A stretch of 64,000 nt of DNA, from contig JANJTW010000057.1 in the NCBI GenBank assembly GCA_024710925.1, positions 4,888 to 68,887 of the forward strand, in the 5' to 3' direction. Positions 43,003-51,787 of this stretch are shown in pieces. The notes beneath the pieces were generated by a model. That model ran no database searches. It was given only the letters and a program-made list of their open reading frames with translations, and had not been told where the DNA came from. Every line of letters begins with the position of its first letter. Positions within the stretch are counted from its first letter, which is position 1. Source of the DNA: Rhodocyclaceae bacterium (lineage in GTDB: Bacteria > Pseudomonadota > Gammaproteobacteria > Burkholderiales > Rhodocyclaceae). The position numbers were made by a program, and so were the translations under genes.

Positions 43003-43443
43003 ATGGCCGAGAAACCGCATTCCTCCAGTTCCATCATGTACGTGGTCATCGCTGTCGCGGTGCTGCTGCTCGTTCTCCTGGTGCCGCTGTCGAAGCTCGG
43101 CAAGGGTTTGGCGCCGGCGGCCGGTGGCGACGACGCCGACCAGCGCATCCTGCCGGTGGCGCGGTTCGAGTTGCAGAAGGCGGCCGTTTCCGACGGCAAG
43201 CCGCGTGACGGTGCGACGGTCTATGCCAAGGTCTGTCAGGCCTGCCACGCGGCCGGCGTCGCCGGCGCGCCGAAAACCGGCGACAAGGGCGCCTGGGCGC
43301 CGCGCATCGCCAAGGGCGCAGGCGAACTGGTGAAGAGCGTGCTGAACGGCAAGGGCGCGATGCCGGCGAAGGGCGGCGGTGCCGACCTGACCGAGGACGA
43401 GATCAAGGCGGCCGTCGAGCATCTGGTCGGTCTGTCGAAGTAA
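43003..43443 (+). CDS. Membrane-anchored c-type cytochrome (cytochrome c5-like)
   Basis: N-terminal TM anchor, CQACH heme-binding site, GKGAMPAKGG Met-ligand region. A TATAAT hexamer lies at 42961-42966 upstream. Confidence 0.8.
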   Translation: MAEKPHSSSSIMYVVIAVAVLLLVLLVPLSKLGKGLAPAAGGDDADQRILPVARFELQKAAVSDGKPRDGATVYAKVCQACHAAGVAGAPKTGDKGAWAPRIAKGAGELVKSVLNGKGAMPAKGGGADLTEDEIKAAVEHLVGLSK

Positions 43444-43466
43444 GCCGCCGGCCGCGCCGGATGGCG

Positions 43467-43497
43467 AAGGGGACGCCTGCGGGCGTCCCCTTTTCGT
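43467..43497 (+). terminator. Intrinsic terminator after the cytochrome c gene
   Basis: GGGGACGCC-TGCG-GGCGTCCCC followed by TTTT. Confidence 0.8.
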
Positions 43498-43585
43498 TGG
43501 TGCCGCTGCCGTTTCTCGCCGCCGGCGCGGACAGGTTTAGAATCTGGCCGGGAAGGCGCCCATCCGGGGCGTCGGGGGGAGGCGT

Positions 43586-45562
43586 ATGGGGAAGGCGGCT
43601 TGCGGGTGTGCGCTGGCGGCAGCGGGGCTGTTGTCGCTGGCGGCGGTCGAGGCGCGCGCGGGCGTGGCCGACCTCGCCGAGCTACCGATCGAGCAGCTGC
43701 TGCAGATCGAGGTCGAGAGCGCGTCGAAGTACCGCCAGCAGGCGCTCGACGCGCCAGCCGCGGTGTCCGTGGTCGGCGCCGAGGACATCCGCAGCTTCGG
43801 CTACCGGACCCTGGCCGAGGTCATCGGCTCGATCCGCGGCATCCACCTTTCCTACGACCGCTATTTCAGCTATGTCGGCGTGCGCGGCGTCGCCCGCGCC
43901 GGCGACTACAACAGCCGCATCCTGCTGCTCGTCGACGGCGTCCGCCAGAACGACAGCGTCTTTAACCAGGCGATGCTCGGCACCGAGTCGCCGATCGACG
44001 TCGACCTGATCGAACGCGTCGAATTCGTTCCCGGCGCCGGTTCGTCGGTCTATGGCGCGAACGCCTTCTTTGGCGTGATCAACGTCGTTACCAAGCGCGG
44101 CGGCGACTATCGCGACGGCGAGGCGGCCGTCGCCGTCGGCAGCTACGGCACCGGCCAGGTCCGCCTGACGCAGGGAGGCGGCGGCGACGGGGCTGCCGAA
44201 TGGCTGCTGTCGGCCAGCGGCTATCGCCAGCGCGGCCAGGATCTCCGCTTCCCCGAGCGGGGCGGGCGCGCCGACGACCTCGACGGCGACCGCAGCGGTT
44301 CGGTCTTCGCCAAGCTGAGCACGCCGGAACTGACGCTCGGCCTGAGCGCCGGCCGGCGCAGCAAGGAAAACCCGACGGCGTCCTTCGGCCAGCTCTTCAA
44401 CGCGCCCGGTGCGTCGTCGGTCGACGAGAGCGCGATGCTCAGCGCCGCCTACAACAAGACGCTGTCGCCGATGCTGGCGCTGACCGCGCGCGCTTATGCA
44501 CAGCAGTACCGTTACCGCGGCGATTTCGTCTACGACGCGCCGCCGCGCTACATCAACCGCGACGAGGCGGAGGGCCGCATGTGGGGCGGCGAGCTGCAGT
44601 TCACCAGCACGCATTTCCGCAACCAGCGCCTCGTCTTCGGCGCCGAGTTCCGCCGCGACGACCGGGTGCGGCAACGGAATTTCGACGTCGCGCCCTACGT
44701 TTCCTGGCTCGATTCGCGCCGCGACGAGCGTTCGTACGGCGTCTTCGTGCAGGACGAGATCGCCTTCGGCGAGCGCTTCCTGGTCAACCTCGGCCTGCGC
44801 CACGACCATCTCGGCGACGCCCCCGGCAAGACCAGCCCGCGCCTCGGCCTGATTTTCCGGCCGCTGCCGCAGACGGCGGTGAAGCTGATCTACGGCGAGG
44901 CCTTCCGGCCGCCGAACGCCTTCGAGCGCGACTACGAGACGGCGGCGCCGGGCGGCTACCGCAGCAACCCGGCGTTGCGGCCGGAAACGCTGCGCAGCCG
45001 CGAGCTGGTGCTGGAGCACGCGCTGTCGCCGGCGCAGCGGATCGTTGCCAGCGTCTTCCGCAACGACGTGGACGATCTGATCGTGCAGCAGTACGACGCC
45101 GGCGCCGATCGTTTCTTCTTCGCCAACGTCGCCAGCGTCCGCGCCACCGGCAGCGAGCTGGAGTGGAGCGGACGCTTCGCCGGCGGCATCGCCGTCCGCG
45201 TCGGCGCCAGCTGGCAGCGCGCCGAGGACCGGACGAGCGGCGCCCGGTTGAGCAATTCGCCGGCGCGCCTGTTCAAGGCCAACCTGTCGGCGCCGTTCTG
45301 GGGCGAACGCCTGCGCGCCGGCCTCGAAGTGCAGGCGAGCTCCGCGCGCAAGGCGGAACTGGGCGGCGAGGCGCCGGGCTTCGCCCTCGTCAATCTGACC
45401 GTGCTGGCGCCGCGGCTGGCGAAGAACCTGGAGGTGTCGGCGTCGCTCTACAACCTGTTCGACCGGCGCTACTACGATCCGGCCGGCAGCGAACTGGCGC
45501 CGATCGAGCGCGTCGCGCAGAACGGGCGCAACGTTCGCCTGAAGTTGATCTACCGCTTCTGA
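43586..45562 (+). CDS. TonB-dependent-receptor-like outer-membrane beta-barrel
   Basis: GGGGGGAGG RBS and a signal peptide. Plug-like LPIEQLLQIEVESASKYRQQ...VSVVGAEDIR, RVEFVPGAGSSVYGANAFFGVINVVTK, and a terminal ...LKLIYRF. Confidence 0.85.
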   Translation: MGKAACGCALAAAGLLSLAAVEARAGVADLAELPIEQLLQIEVESASKYRQQALDAPAAVSVVGAEDIRSFGYRTLAEVIGSIRGIHLSYDRYFSYVGVRGVARAGDYNSRILLLVDGVRQNDSVFNQAMLGTESPIDVDLIERVEFVPGAGSSVYGANAFFGVINVVTKRGGDYRDGEAAVAVGSYGTGQVRLTQGGGGDGAAEWLLSASGYRQRGQDLRFPERGGRADDLDGDRSGSVFAKLSTPELTLGLSAGRRSKENPTASFGQLFNAPGASSVDESAMLSAAYNKTLSPMLALTARAYAQQYRYRGDFVYDAPPRYINRDEAEGRMWGGELQFTSTHFRNQRLVFGAEFRRDDRVRQRNFDVAPYVSWLDSRRDERSYGVFVQDEIAFGERFLVNLGLRHDHLGDAPGKTSPRLGLIFRPLPQTAVKLIYGEAFRPPNAFERDYETAAPGGYRSNPALRPETLRSRELVLEHALSPAQRIVASVFRNDVDDLIVQQYDAGADRFFFANVASVRATGSELEWSGRFAGGIAVRVGASWQRAEDRTSGARLSNSPARLFKANLSAPFWGERLRAGLEVQASSARKAELGGEAPGFALVNLTVLAPRLAKNLEVSASLYNLFDRRYYDPAGSELAPIERVAQNGRNVRLKLIYRF

Positions 45563-45569
45563 GGAACGC

Positions 45570-46106
45570 ATGCCCGCCTTGGCCCGCCCCGTCCTCCGTC
45601 TGGCCGCCTGCGGCCTGGCGCTGCTGCTCGCGCTGAGCGGCCGGGCCGGCGCGCAGCAGGCGCCGGAGCACGAGCTGAAGGCGGCGTTCGTCTACAACTT
45701 CATCCAGTTCACGCAGTGGCCGCGCGAGGCGCCGGCGGGCGCCGCGCTGCACCTGTGCGCCAGCGGCGACAGCGTCCTCTTTCCGGCCTTGCAGGCGCTC
45801 ACCGGCAAGTCGGCGGCGGGCCGGCCGATCGTGCTGCTGCCGCTTGCCGAGACGCTGGCGGAGAAATGCCAGGTGCTGGTGGCGACCGCCGAGGACCGGC
45901 CGCGCCTCGCGCTGATCCGGCAGCTGGCGGACAGCGGGCCGGTGCTGACGGTGACCGACGATGACGAGCTGACGCGCGAGGGGCTGATGATCGGCATGTC
46001 GGTGCAGGGCGGACGGATCGTTTTCGTCGTCGACAACACGCGGGCGGGCAAAGCCGGGCTGCTCATCTCGTCGCGCCTGCTGCGCCTGGCGAGGCGCGTG
46101 CAATGA
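45570..46106 (+). CDS. YfiR-family (DUF4154) periplasmic protein
   Basis: Signal peptide and the hallmark LKAAFVYNFIQFTQWP motif. Confidence 0.75.
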   Translation: MPALARPVLRLAACGLALLLALSGRAGAQQAPEHELKAAFVYNFIQFTQWPREAPAGAALHLCASGDSVLFPALQALTGKSAAGRPIVLLPLAETLAEKCQVLVATAEDRPRLALIRQLADSGPVLTVTDDDELTREGLMIGMSVQGGRIVFVVDNTRAGKAGLLISSRLLRLARRVQ

Positions 46107-47983
46107 CGCCGGTCGACCATCCGGCCGCGCCCTCGCCGCGCCTCAGCTACCGCCTCGCCTTCGCCAGCGCGCTGGTCGCCGGCGGGGCGCTGCTGCTGGC
46201 GGTGGCCTTGCTCATCGTCGTCGAGTTCTTCGCGCTGCGCAGCGCGCTGGTCGACGATACGCGCGTGCAGGCGGCGCTGATCGCCGACAACGTTTCGGCG
46301 GCGCTCGTCTTCAACGACGCCGAGGCGGCGGCGGACATCGTCGGCAGCCTGCGCGCCTCGTCGATCGTCATCGGGGCCATCGTCGTCGACGGCGAGGGGG
46401 CGACGCTCGCCGCCTATCCCGACGGGTTCGCCGCCGACCGCAGCAACCCCGGCGATTTCGCCGTCGATGACCATCGTTTCCGCGAGTCGCGGCTCGAACT
46501 GGTGGCGCCGGTGCGGCATCGCGGCGCGATGCTCGGGCATGTCCATCTGGTGGTGTCGATGGCCGTCGTCTATCAGCGGCTCGGCGTCTATGCGGTCGCC
46601 GCCCTCGGCATCGCCGCCGTCGCGCTGCTCGTCGCCGTCGGCCTGCTTTCGCGCGTGCGCCAGTCGGTGCATCTCGCCGAGCAGAACCTGCGCCATCTCG
46701 CGCACATCGACCCGGTGACTGGCCTGGCCAACCGCAACGCCTTCAACGAGCGCCTGGAATTCGCCATCCGCGAGGCGGACAGCTTCGACGAAAAGGTCGC
46801 CATGCTGCTGCTCGACCTCGACAACTTCAAGCAGGTGAACGATACCCTCGGCCATCAGGCCGGCGATGAACTGCTGCGTATGGTCGCCCAGCGCATGCTG
46901 CGCGCGTTGCGCCGCGACGACGTGGTGGCGCGCCTCGGCGGCGACGAATTCGCCGTCATCCTGCATCGCGTCGGCGCGCGCAGCGAGGTGACGCAGGTGT
47001 GCAGCAAGCTGATCGAGACCATCGGCCAGCCGCTCCCGGTCGAGGGGCTCGACTTCTTCGTCACCGCCAGCGTCGGCGTCGCCTTCTTTCCCGAGGATGC
47101 GCAAGACAGCCGCACGCTGACGCGCAACGCCGATACCGCGATGTACCAGGCCAAGCTGGCCGGCAAGAACGCCTTCGAGCTGTTCGTGCCGGCGATGAAC
47201 GCCAGCGTGAAGAAGCGCGTGACGCTGGAGAGCAGCCTGCGCACGGCGATGGCGAACGGCGAGCTGGCGCTGCACTACCAGCCGAAGATCGACCTGATGA
47301 GCGGCCGCGTGCTCGGCTTCGAGGCGCTGCTGCGCTGGCAGAGTCCGGAACACGGCAACGTTTCGCCGGCCGATTTCGTGCCGATCGCCGAGGACTGCGG
47401 CCTGATCGTGCCGATCGGCGAGTGGGTGATCACGCAGGCGCTGGCCGACCTGCGCACGTGGAACGACGGCCGCGCGCACAAGCTGCATGTGGCGGTGAAC
47501 TTGTCGACGCGGCAGCTGCGCGTCGACGACATCAGCCGCCGCATCGCGCGGCTGATCGCCGACTGCGCGGTGCCGGCGGACTGGCTGGAGCTGGAGCTGA
47601 CCGAGTCGATGGTCATGGAGAACGTGCATGCGCAGATCGAGACCTTCCACCAGCTGCGCGAGCTGGGCGTCAAGCTGGCGATCGACGACTTCGGCACCGG
47701 CTATTCGTCGATGAGCTACCTGAAGCGGCTGCCGATCGACACGCTGAAGATCGACCGCAGCTTCGTCAGCGATTTGCCGCAGGACGCCAACGATCTGGCG
47801 ATTGCCACCGCCATCGTCGCCGTCGGCCACAGCCTCGGGCTGACGGTGATCGCCGAGGGCATCGAGAGCGCGGACCAGGCGGAGGCGCTGCTCAACCTCG
47901 GCTGCGACCTCGGCCAGGGCTACCTCTACGCGCGGCCGATGCCGGCCGGCGAAGTCGTGCGCTACCTCGCCGCCGCCGGCTGA
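46103..47983 (+). CDS. Membrane c-di-GMP enzyme: TM, CHASE8-like periplasmic region, TM, GGDEF, EAL
   Basis: The ATGA start overlaps the yfiR-like stop. GGDEF with RRDD I-site. EAL motifs EALLRW, DDFGTGYSS and QGYLYARP all appear intact. Confidence 0.9.
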   Translation: MTPVDHPAAPSPRLSYRLAFASALVAGGALLLAVALLIVVEFFALRSALVDDTRVQAALIADNVSAALVFNDAEAAADIVGSLRASSIVIGAIVVDGEGATLAAYPDGFAADRSNPGDFAVDDHRFRESRLELVAPVRHRGAMLGHVHLVVSMAVVYQRLGVYAVAALGIAAVALLVAVGLLSRVRQSVHLAEQNLRHLAHIDPVTGLANRNAFNERLEFAIREADSFDEKVAMLLLDLDNFKQVNDTLGHQAGDELLRMVAQRMLRALRRDDVVARLGGDEFAVILHRVGARSEVTQVCSKLIETIGQPLPVEGLDFFVTASVGVAFFPEDAQDSRTLTRNADTAMYQAKLAGKNAFELFVPAMNASVKKRVTLESSLRTAMANGELALHYQPKIDLMSGRVLGFEALLRWQSPEHGNVSPADFVPIAEDCGLIVPIGEWVITQALADLRTWNDGRAHKLHVAVNLSTRQLRVDDISRRIARLIADCAVPADWLELELTESMVMENVHAQIETFHQLRELGVKLAIDDFGTGYSSMSYLKRLPIDTLKIDRSFVSDLPQDANDLAIATAIVAVGHSLGLTVIAEGIESADQAEALLNLGCDLGQGYLYARPMPAGEVVRYLAAAG

Positions 47984-47990
47984 TCCGGGG

Positions 47991-49985
47991 TCAGGACTTG
48001 CCGCCGGCGAGCAGCGCCTTCATCGCCGCCAGCCGGGCGCCCGACGAGGCCTTGTCCGGCTCGGCGCCGGCCGCCTTGCCGCCGGAAAAGCGCAGGTCGT
48101 CCTTGCCCATCTCCTCGATGAAGCGCGACGGCTCGCACGGGTTCCATTCCTTGCCGGACGGCCGCTTCTCGCAGTGCGTGACGTGCAGGCTGCGCTGCGC
48201 GCGGGTGATGCCGACGTACATCAGCCGGCGCTCCTCCTCGATCTTCACCGGGTCCTGCGACTCGCGGTGCGGCAACAGGCCTTCCTCGATGCCGACCAGG
48301 AAGACGTGCTTGTATTCGAGGCCCTTGGCCGCGTGCAGCGTCGACAGCTGGACCCCGTCGAAGTCCGATTCGCCCTTGTCGAGCAGGTTGATCAGCGCGA
48401 TCGTCTGCGTCAGGTCGATCAGCGTCTTCTCGTCCTCCTCGCCCTTCTTGGTCAGCCAGGCGGTGAATTCCTGCACGTTCTTCCACTTGGTGTCGGCGGC
48501 GCGCGGCTCCTCGTGGTCGTACAGCCAGGTCTCGTAGCCGATGGCGCCGAGCAGGTCGGGCAGCACCTGCCCCGGCGGCTCCTTCTTCGCCCGCCATTCC
48601 ATGCGGTTGATGAACTCGCAGAATTCGAGCAGCGGTTCGAGCTGGCGGCTGGCGACGCGGTGTGCGAAGCCTTCCTCGAAGACGGCGGCGAAGAGCGAGA
48701 TGTGCCGTTCGCCGGCGTAGGTGCCGAGCGCCTCCAGCGTGCTGCCGCCGACGCCGCGCTTGGGCGTGGTGACGGCGCGGATGAAGGCCGGGTCGTCGTC
48801 CTGGTTGGCCAGCAGGCGCAGGTAGGACGTGATGTCCTTGATCTCGGCCTTGTCGAAGAAGGACTGGCCGCCGGAAAGCAGGTAGGGCACCTTCTGGTTG
48901 CGCAGATACTGCTCGAAGATGCGCGCCTGGTGGTTGCTGCGGTAGAGGATGGCGTAGTCGGAGAAGGTCGTGCGGTGCTCGAACTTGTGCGCCTGCAGCT
49001 TCATCACCACCGACTCGGCCTCGCTCTCCGGGTCCTTGCAGGCGGTGACGGTGATCATGTCGCCCATGCCCAGGTCGGACCACAGCTTCTTGTCGAACAG
49101 CTTCTCGTTGTTGGCGATCAGCGCGTTCGCCGCCTTCAGGATGCGCACCGTCGAGCGGTAGTTCTGTTCGAGCTTGATCACCTTCAGGTTCGGGTAGTCG
49201 CGCGGCAGCCCGCGCAGGTTCTCGATGTCGGCGCCGCGCCAGCCGTAGATCGCCTGGTCGTCGTCGCCGACGGCGGTGAACATCGCGCGCGGGCCGGTCA
49301 GCAACTTGAGCAGCTTGTACTGGCAGGCGTTGGTGTCCTGGTACTCGTCGACGAGGATGTAGCGCAGCCGGTTCTGCCACTTCTCGCGCACTTCGGGGTG
49401 GTTCTCGAAGAGCTCGACCGGCAGCATGATCAGGTCGTCGAAATCGACCGCCTGGTAGGCCTTCAGCGTCGCCGCGTAGCTCTGGTAGGCGCGCGCGGCG
49501 AGCGCCTCGGTGTCGTCCTGCGCCAGCTTCGCCGCCATGTCCGGCGTCACCAGCGCGTTCTTCCAGTTCGAGATGACGTTCTGCAGCTTCCTGATGGTCG
49601 CCTTGTCGACGCTGCCGGCGAGGTCGGAGACGATGCCGTAGCAGTCGGTCGAGTCGAAGATCGAGAAGTTCGGCTTGTAGCCGAGCGCCTTCGCCTCTTC
49701 GCGCAGGATGCGCACGCCGAGCGCGTGGAAGGTGCAGATGGTCAGCCCGCCGGTCGAGGTGCCTTCGAGCAACTTGCCGACGCGCTCCTGCATCTCCTTC
49801 GCCGCCTTGTTGGTGAAGGTGATCGCCGCGATGTTCGCCGGCCGCATGCCGCATTCCTGGATCAGGTAGGCGATCTTCTGCGTGATCACCCGGGTCTGGC
49901 CCGAGCCGGCGCCGGCGAGGACCAGCAGCGGTCCGTCGAGGTAGCGGATGGCTTCGCGTTGCGGGGCGTTGAGCTGGAGGGACAT
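47991..49985 (-). CDS. rep: ATP-dependent DNA helicase Rep
   Basis: LNAPQREA...LVLAGAGSGQTRVIT, TFHA, VDEYQDTN and the remaining SF1 motifs. 664 aa. Confidence 0.93.
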   Translation of the reverse strand: MSLQLNAPQREAIRYLDGPLLVLAGAGSGQTRVITQKIAYLIQECGMRPANIAAITFTNKAAKEMQERVGKLLEGTSTGGLTICTFHALGVRILREEAKALGYKPNFSIFDSTDCYGIVSDLAGSVDKATIRKLQNVISNWKNALVTPDMAAKLAQDDTEALAARAYQSYAATLKAYQAVDFDDLIMLPVELFENHPEVREKWQNRLRYILVDEYQDTNACQYKLLKLLTGPRAMFTAVGDDDQAIYGWRGADIENLRGLPRDYPNLKVIKLEQNYRSTVRILKAANALIANNEKLFDKKLWSDLGMGDMITVTACKDPESEAESVVMKLQAHKFEHRTTFSDYAILYRSNHQARIFEQYLRNQKVPYLLSGGQSFFDKAEIKDITSYLRLLANQDDDPAFIRAVTTPKRGVGGSTLEALGTYAGERHISLFAAVFEEGFAHRVASRQLEPLLEFCEFINRMEWRAKKEPPGQVLPDLLGAIGYETWLYDHEEPRAADTKWKNVQEFTAWLTKKGEEDEKTLIDLTQTIALINLLDKGESDFDGVQLSTLHAAKGLEYKHVFLVGIEEGLLPHRESQDPVKIEEERRLMYVGITRAQRSLHVTHCEKRPSGKEWNPCEPSRFIEEMGKDDLRFSGGKAAGAEPDKASSGARLAAMKALLAGGKS

Positions 49986-50014
49986 CGGGTGGGGCGGCAG
50001 CGGAAATGCGTCGG

Positions 50015-50048
50015 GGGAAAAACGAAGCGCCCCGGCGAACCGGGGCGC
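50015..50048 (-). terminator. Intrinsic terminator downstream of the 121-aa hypothetical gene
   Basis: Minus strand reads GCGCCCCGG-TTCG-CCGGGGCGC followed by TTCGTTTTT. Confidence 0.7.
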
Positions 50049-50086
50049 GGCATCGGCAGTACCGGACGGATTTTACCGCAAGCGGC

Positions 50087-50452
50087 TCAGGCCTGTTCGT
50101 CGACGTGCGTGTCGTCGGCGAGACGTTGTACCCGCGGGTCGATCGGCTGCAGCAGGCGCAGCGCGTCGCTGCCGAGACGCTCCAGTTCGCCGGCCAGTTC
50201 GTGCGCGGCGGCGGCGCGTTCCGCCGTGCTCTCCGCCGTTTCCGGCGGCACGGCGGTGGCGGGGGATTCCATCGCTTCCGTCGGCGCGTGCTCGTCGTCC
50301 GCATCGAGTTCCTCGCGCAGCGAGCGGCGGCGGTCGGCTTCCACTTCGCGCTCAAGGAACACCGGTTGCACGACCAGGCGCGAACTCGGGCGCGGCCGCT
50401 CGCGGGGTTCGAGCGGCAACGGTGGCGATGTGGTGGAGCGGATCGGGGTCAT
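50087..50452 (-). CDS. Hypothetical acidic protein (121 aa)
   Basis: GGGAG RBS 8 nt upstream of ATG 50452, strong G/C third-position bias, and its own terminator. No family recognised. Confidence 0.5.
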   Translation of the reverse strand: MTPIRSTTSPPLPLEPRERPRPSSRLVVQPVFLEREVEADRRRSLREELDADDEHAPTEAMESPATAVPPETAESTAERAAAAHELAGELERLGSDALRLLQPIDPRVQRLADDTHVDEQA

Positions 50453-50592
50453 GGTAGCACTCCCGCGGACGACAGGTCTTTAACGGCAGCCGGCGGGCGT
50501 AGCTTTAGCCGTGGCCGGCGCGCTGCGCGCCGCGCCGGCCGGTGGCGACCGTCATCAGCGCGAAATATTCCTTGCGCATTCTTCGTCTGGCG

Positions 50593-50605
50593 ACTAATTA
50601 TTAGT
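50593..50605. promoter_or_regulatory. 13-bp perfect palindrome ACTAATTATTAGT (candidate operator)
   Basis: AT-rich palindrome 18 nt upstream of the start of the 116-aa gene, in an otherwise GC-rich divergent intergenic region. Confidence 0.4.
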
Positions 50606-50623
50606 GTTCAAGGGAGGAATACG

Positions 50624-50974
50624 ATGAAAAATACCAGCCAATTCAAGACGGTCAGCCGCCATTACGCGGTGCAGTCGCTGTTCAACGCCTGTTACTCCGA
50701 AACCCTGCAGGTCACCGCGCGCTTTCTCCGGCGCGATCAGGTGACGTGCGCCTGCCGGCCGGCCGAGGCGATGCGCGGCTTGCAGGAGAAGGGGCTGCTG
50801 CCGGTTGAGGCGCTCGGGCCGCTGCGCGAGACCTGCACGAACTGCCGGCGCTCGCTCGAAAGCGCCGCCCGCGCCTGGGAGGAAGGCGACATGGACACCC
50901 TGCGCGCGCGACTGGCCGACTACCGGCAGGCCGCCGGTGCCGTCCGCCAGGAGCTTATCCGGCTGACGCAGTAG
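50624..50974 (+). CDS. Hypothetical small protein (116 aa) with CxC...CxxC cysteines
   Basis: Strong RBS AGGGAGGA 5 nt upstream of the ATG. Cysteines at TCACRP and CTNCRR. No family recognised. Confidence 0.55.
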   Translation: MKNTSQFKTVSRHYAVQSLFNACYSETLQVTARFLRRDQVTCACRPAEAMRGLQEKGLLPVEALGPLRETCTNCRRSLESAARAWEEGDMDTLRARLADYRQAAGAVRQELIRLTQ

Positions 50975-51033
50975 CCGGGCGCGGCGCCGCCCCTGGGCGC
51001 GCGAAGGTGCCGCCGGCCGCTCGGCCGGCGGAT

Positions 51034-51062
51034 TTGACAGGCGGATATCCTGCCGATAAATT
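51034..51062 (+). promoter_or_regulatory. Sigma70 promoter of the TetR-MFP-RND operon
   Basis: TTGACA (51034-51039), 17-nt spacer, TAAATT (51057-51062). Confidence 0.6.
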
Positions 51063-51076
51063 ACTGACCGGTCAGT
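51063..51076. promoter_or_regulatory. 14-bp perfect palindrome ACTGACCGGTCAGT (candidate TetR operator)
   Basis: Immediately downstream of the -10 hexamer and 28 nt upstream of the TetR GTG start. Confidence 0.6.
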
Positions 51077-51103
51077 CATTAATTTATCCGGACATTTCTC
51101 GCC

Positions 51104-51787
51104 GTGCCAACCTTCGCCGACCCCGCCGCTCCCGACACCGATGACGCTGCCGCCAGCGCGCGCCGCCCACGCGCGCGCCGCAAGGAGGCGCGCCCGTCCG
51201 AGCTGACCGCCGCCGCCCTCGATCTGTTCGTCGAGAAGGGCTTCGCCGCCACCCGCCTCGATGATGTCGCCGCCCGCGCCGGCGTTTCGAAGGGCACGCT
51301 GTACCTCTACTTCGACAGCAAGGAGGCGCTGTTCAAGGCCGTCGTCGAGGAAGGCATCGTGCCGGCGCTGGCCGCCGCCGAGCAGCGTTTCGCCGAATAC
51401 GAGGGGAGCAGTGCCGAGCTGCTGCGCAGCCTGCTGCTCGGCTGGTGGCAGCAGATCGGCAACACGCGGCTCGGCGGCGTGCCGAAGCTGATCATTTCCG
51501 AGTCGCGCAATTTTCCCGAGATCGCCCAGTTCTACCACGACCGTGTCATCTCGCGCGGCCGCTCGCTGCTGCGCGCGGCCCTGCAGCGCGGCGTCGCCGC
51601 CGGCGAATTCCGGCCGCTCGACATCGAGTCGTGCATCGACGTCATCATCGCGCCGCTGCTGATGCTGACCGTCTGGCGCTACTCGCTGTGCAGCTGCGGC
51701 AACGACATCGAACCCGAGCGCTTTCTCGACACCCAGTTCGGCATCCTGATCCACGGCCTGCTCGCCGCTCCGGAGGGCGCACGATGA
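51104..51787 (+). CDS. TetR-family transcriptional repressor
   Basis: ELTAAALDLFVEKGFAATRLDDVAARAGVSKGTLYLYFDSKEALF HTH. GTG start. Confidence 0.9.
   Translation: MPTFADPAAPDTDDAAASARRPRARRKEARPSELTAAALDLFVEKGFAATRLDDVAARAGVSKGTLYLYFDSKEALFKAVVEEGIVPALAAAEQRFAEYEGSSAELLRSLLLGWWQQIGNTRLGGVPKLIISESRNFPEIAQFYHDRVISRGRSLLRAALQRGVAAGEFRPLDIESCIDVIIAPLLMLTVWRYSLCSCGNDIEPERFLDTQFGILIHGLLAAPEGAR

Noticed and set aside
43495-43585. Possible B12 riboswitch or Fur box ahead of the TonB-dependent-receptor-like gene (starts GGTGCCGCTGCC).
   Set aside because: The leader is only about 90 nt and lacks all other riboswitch elements. I could not find a 19-bp Fur-like palindrome.
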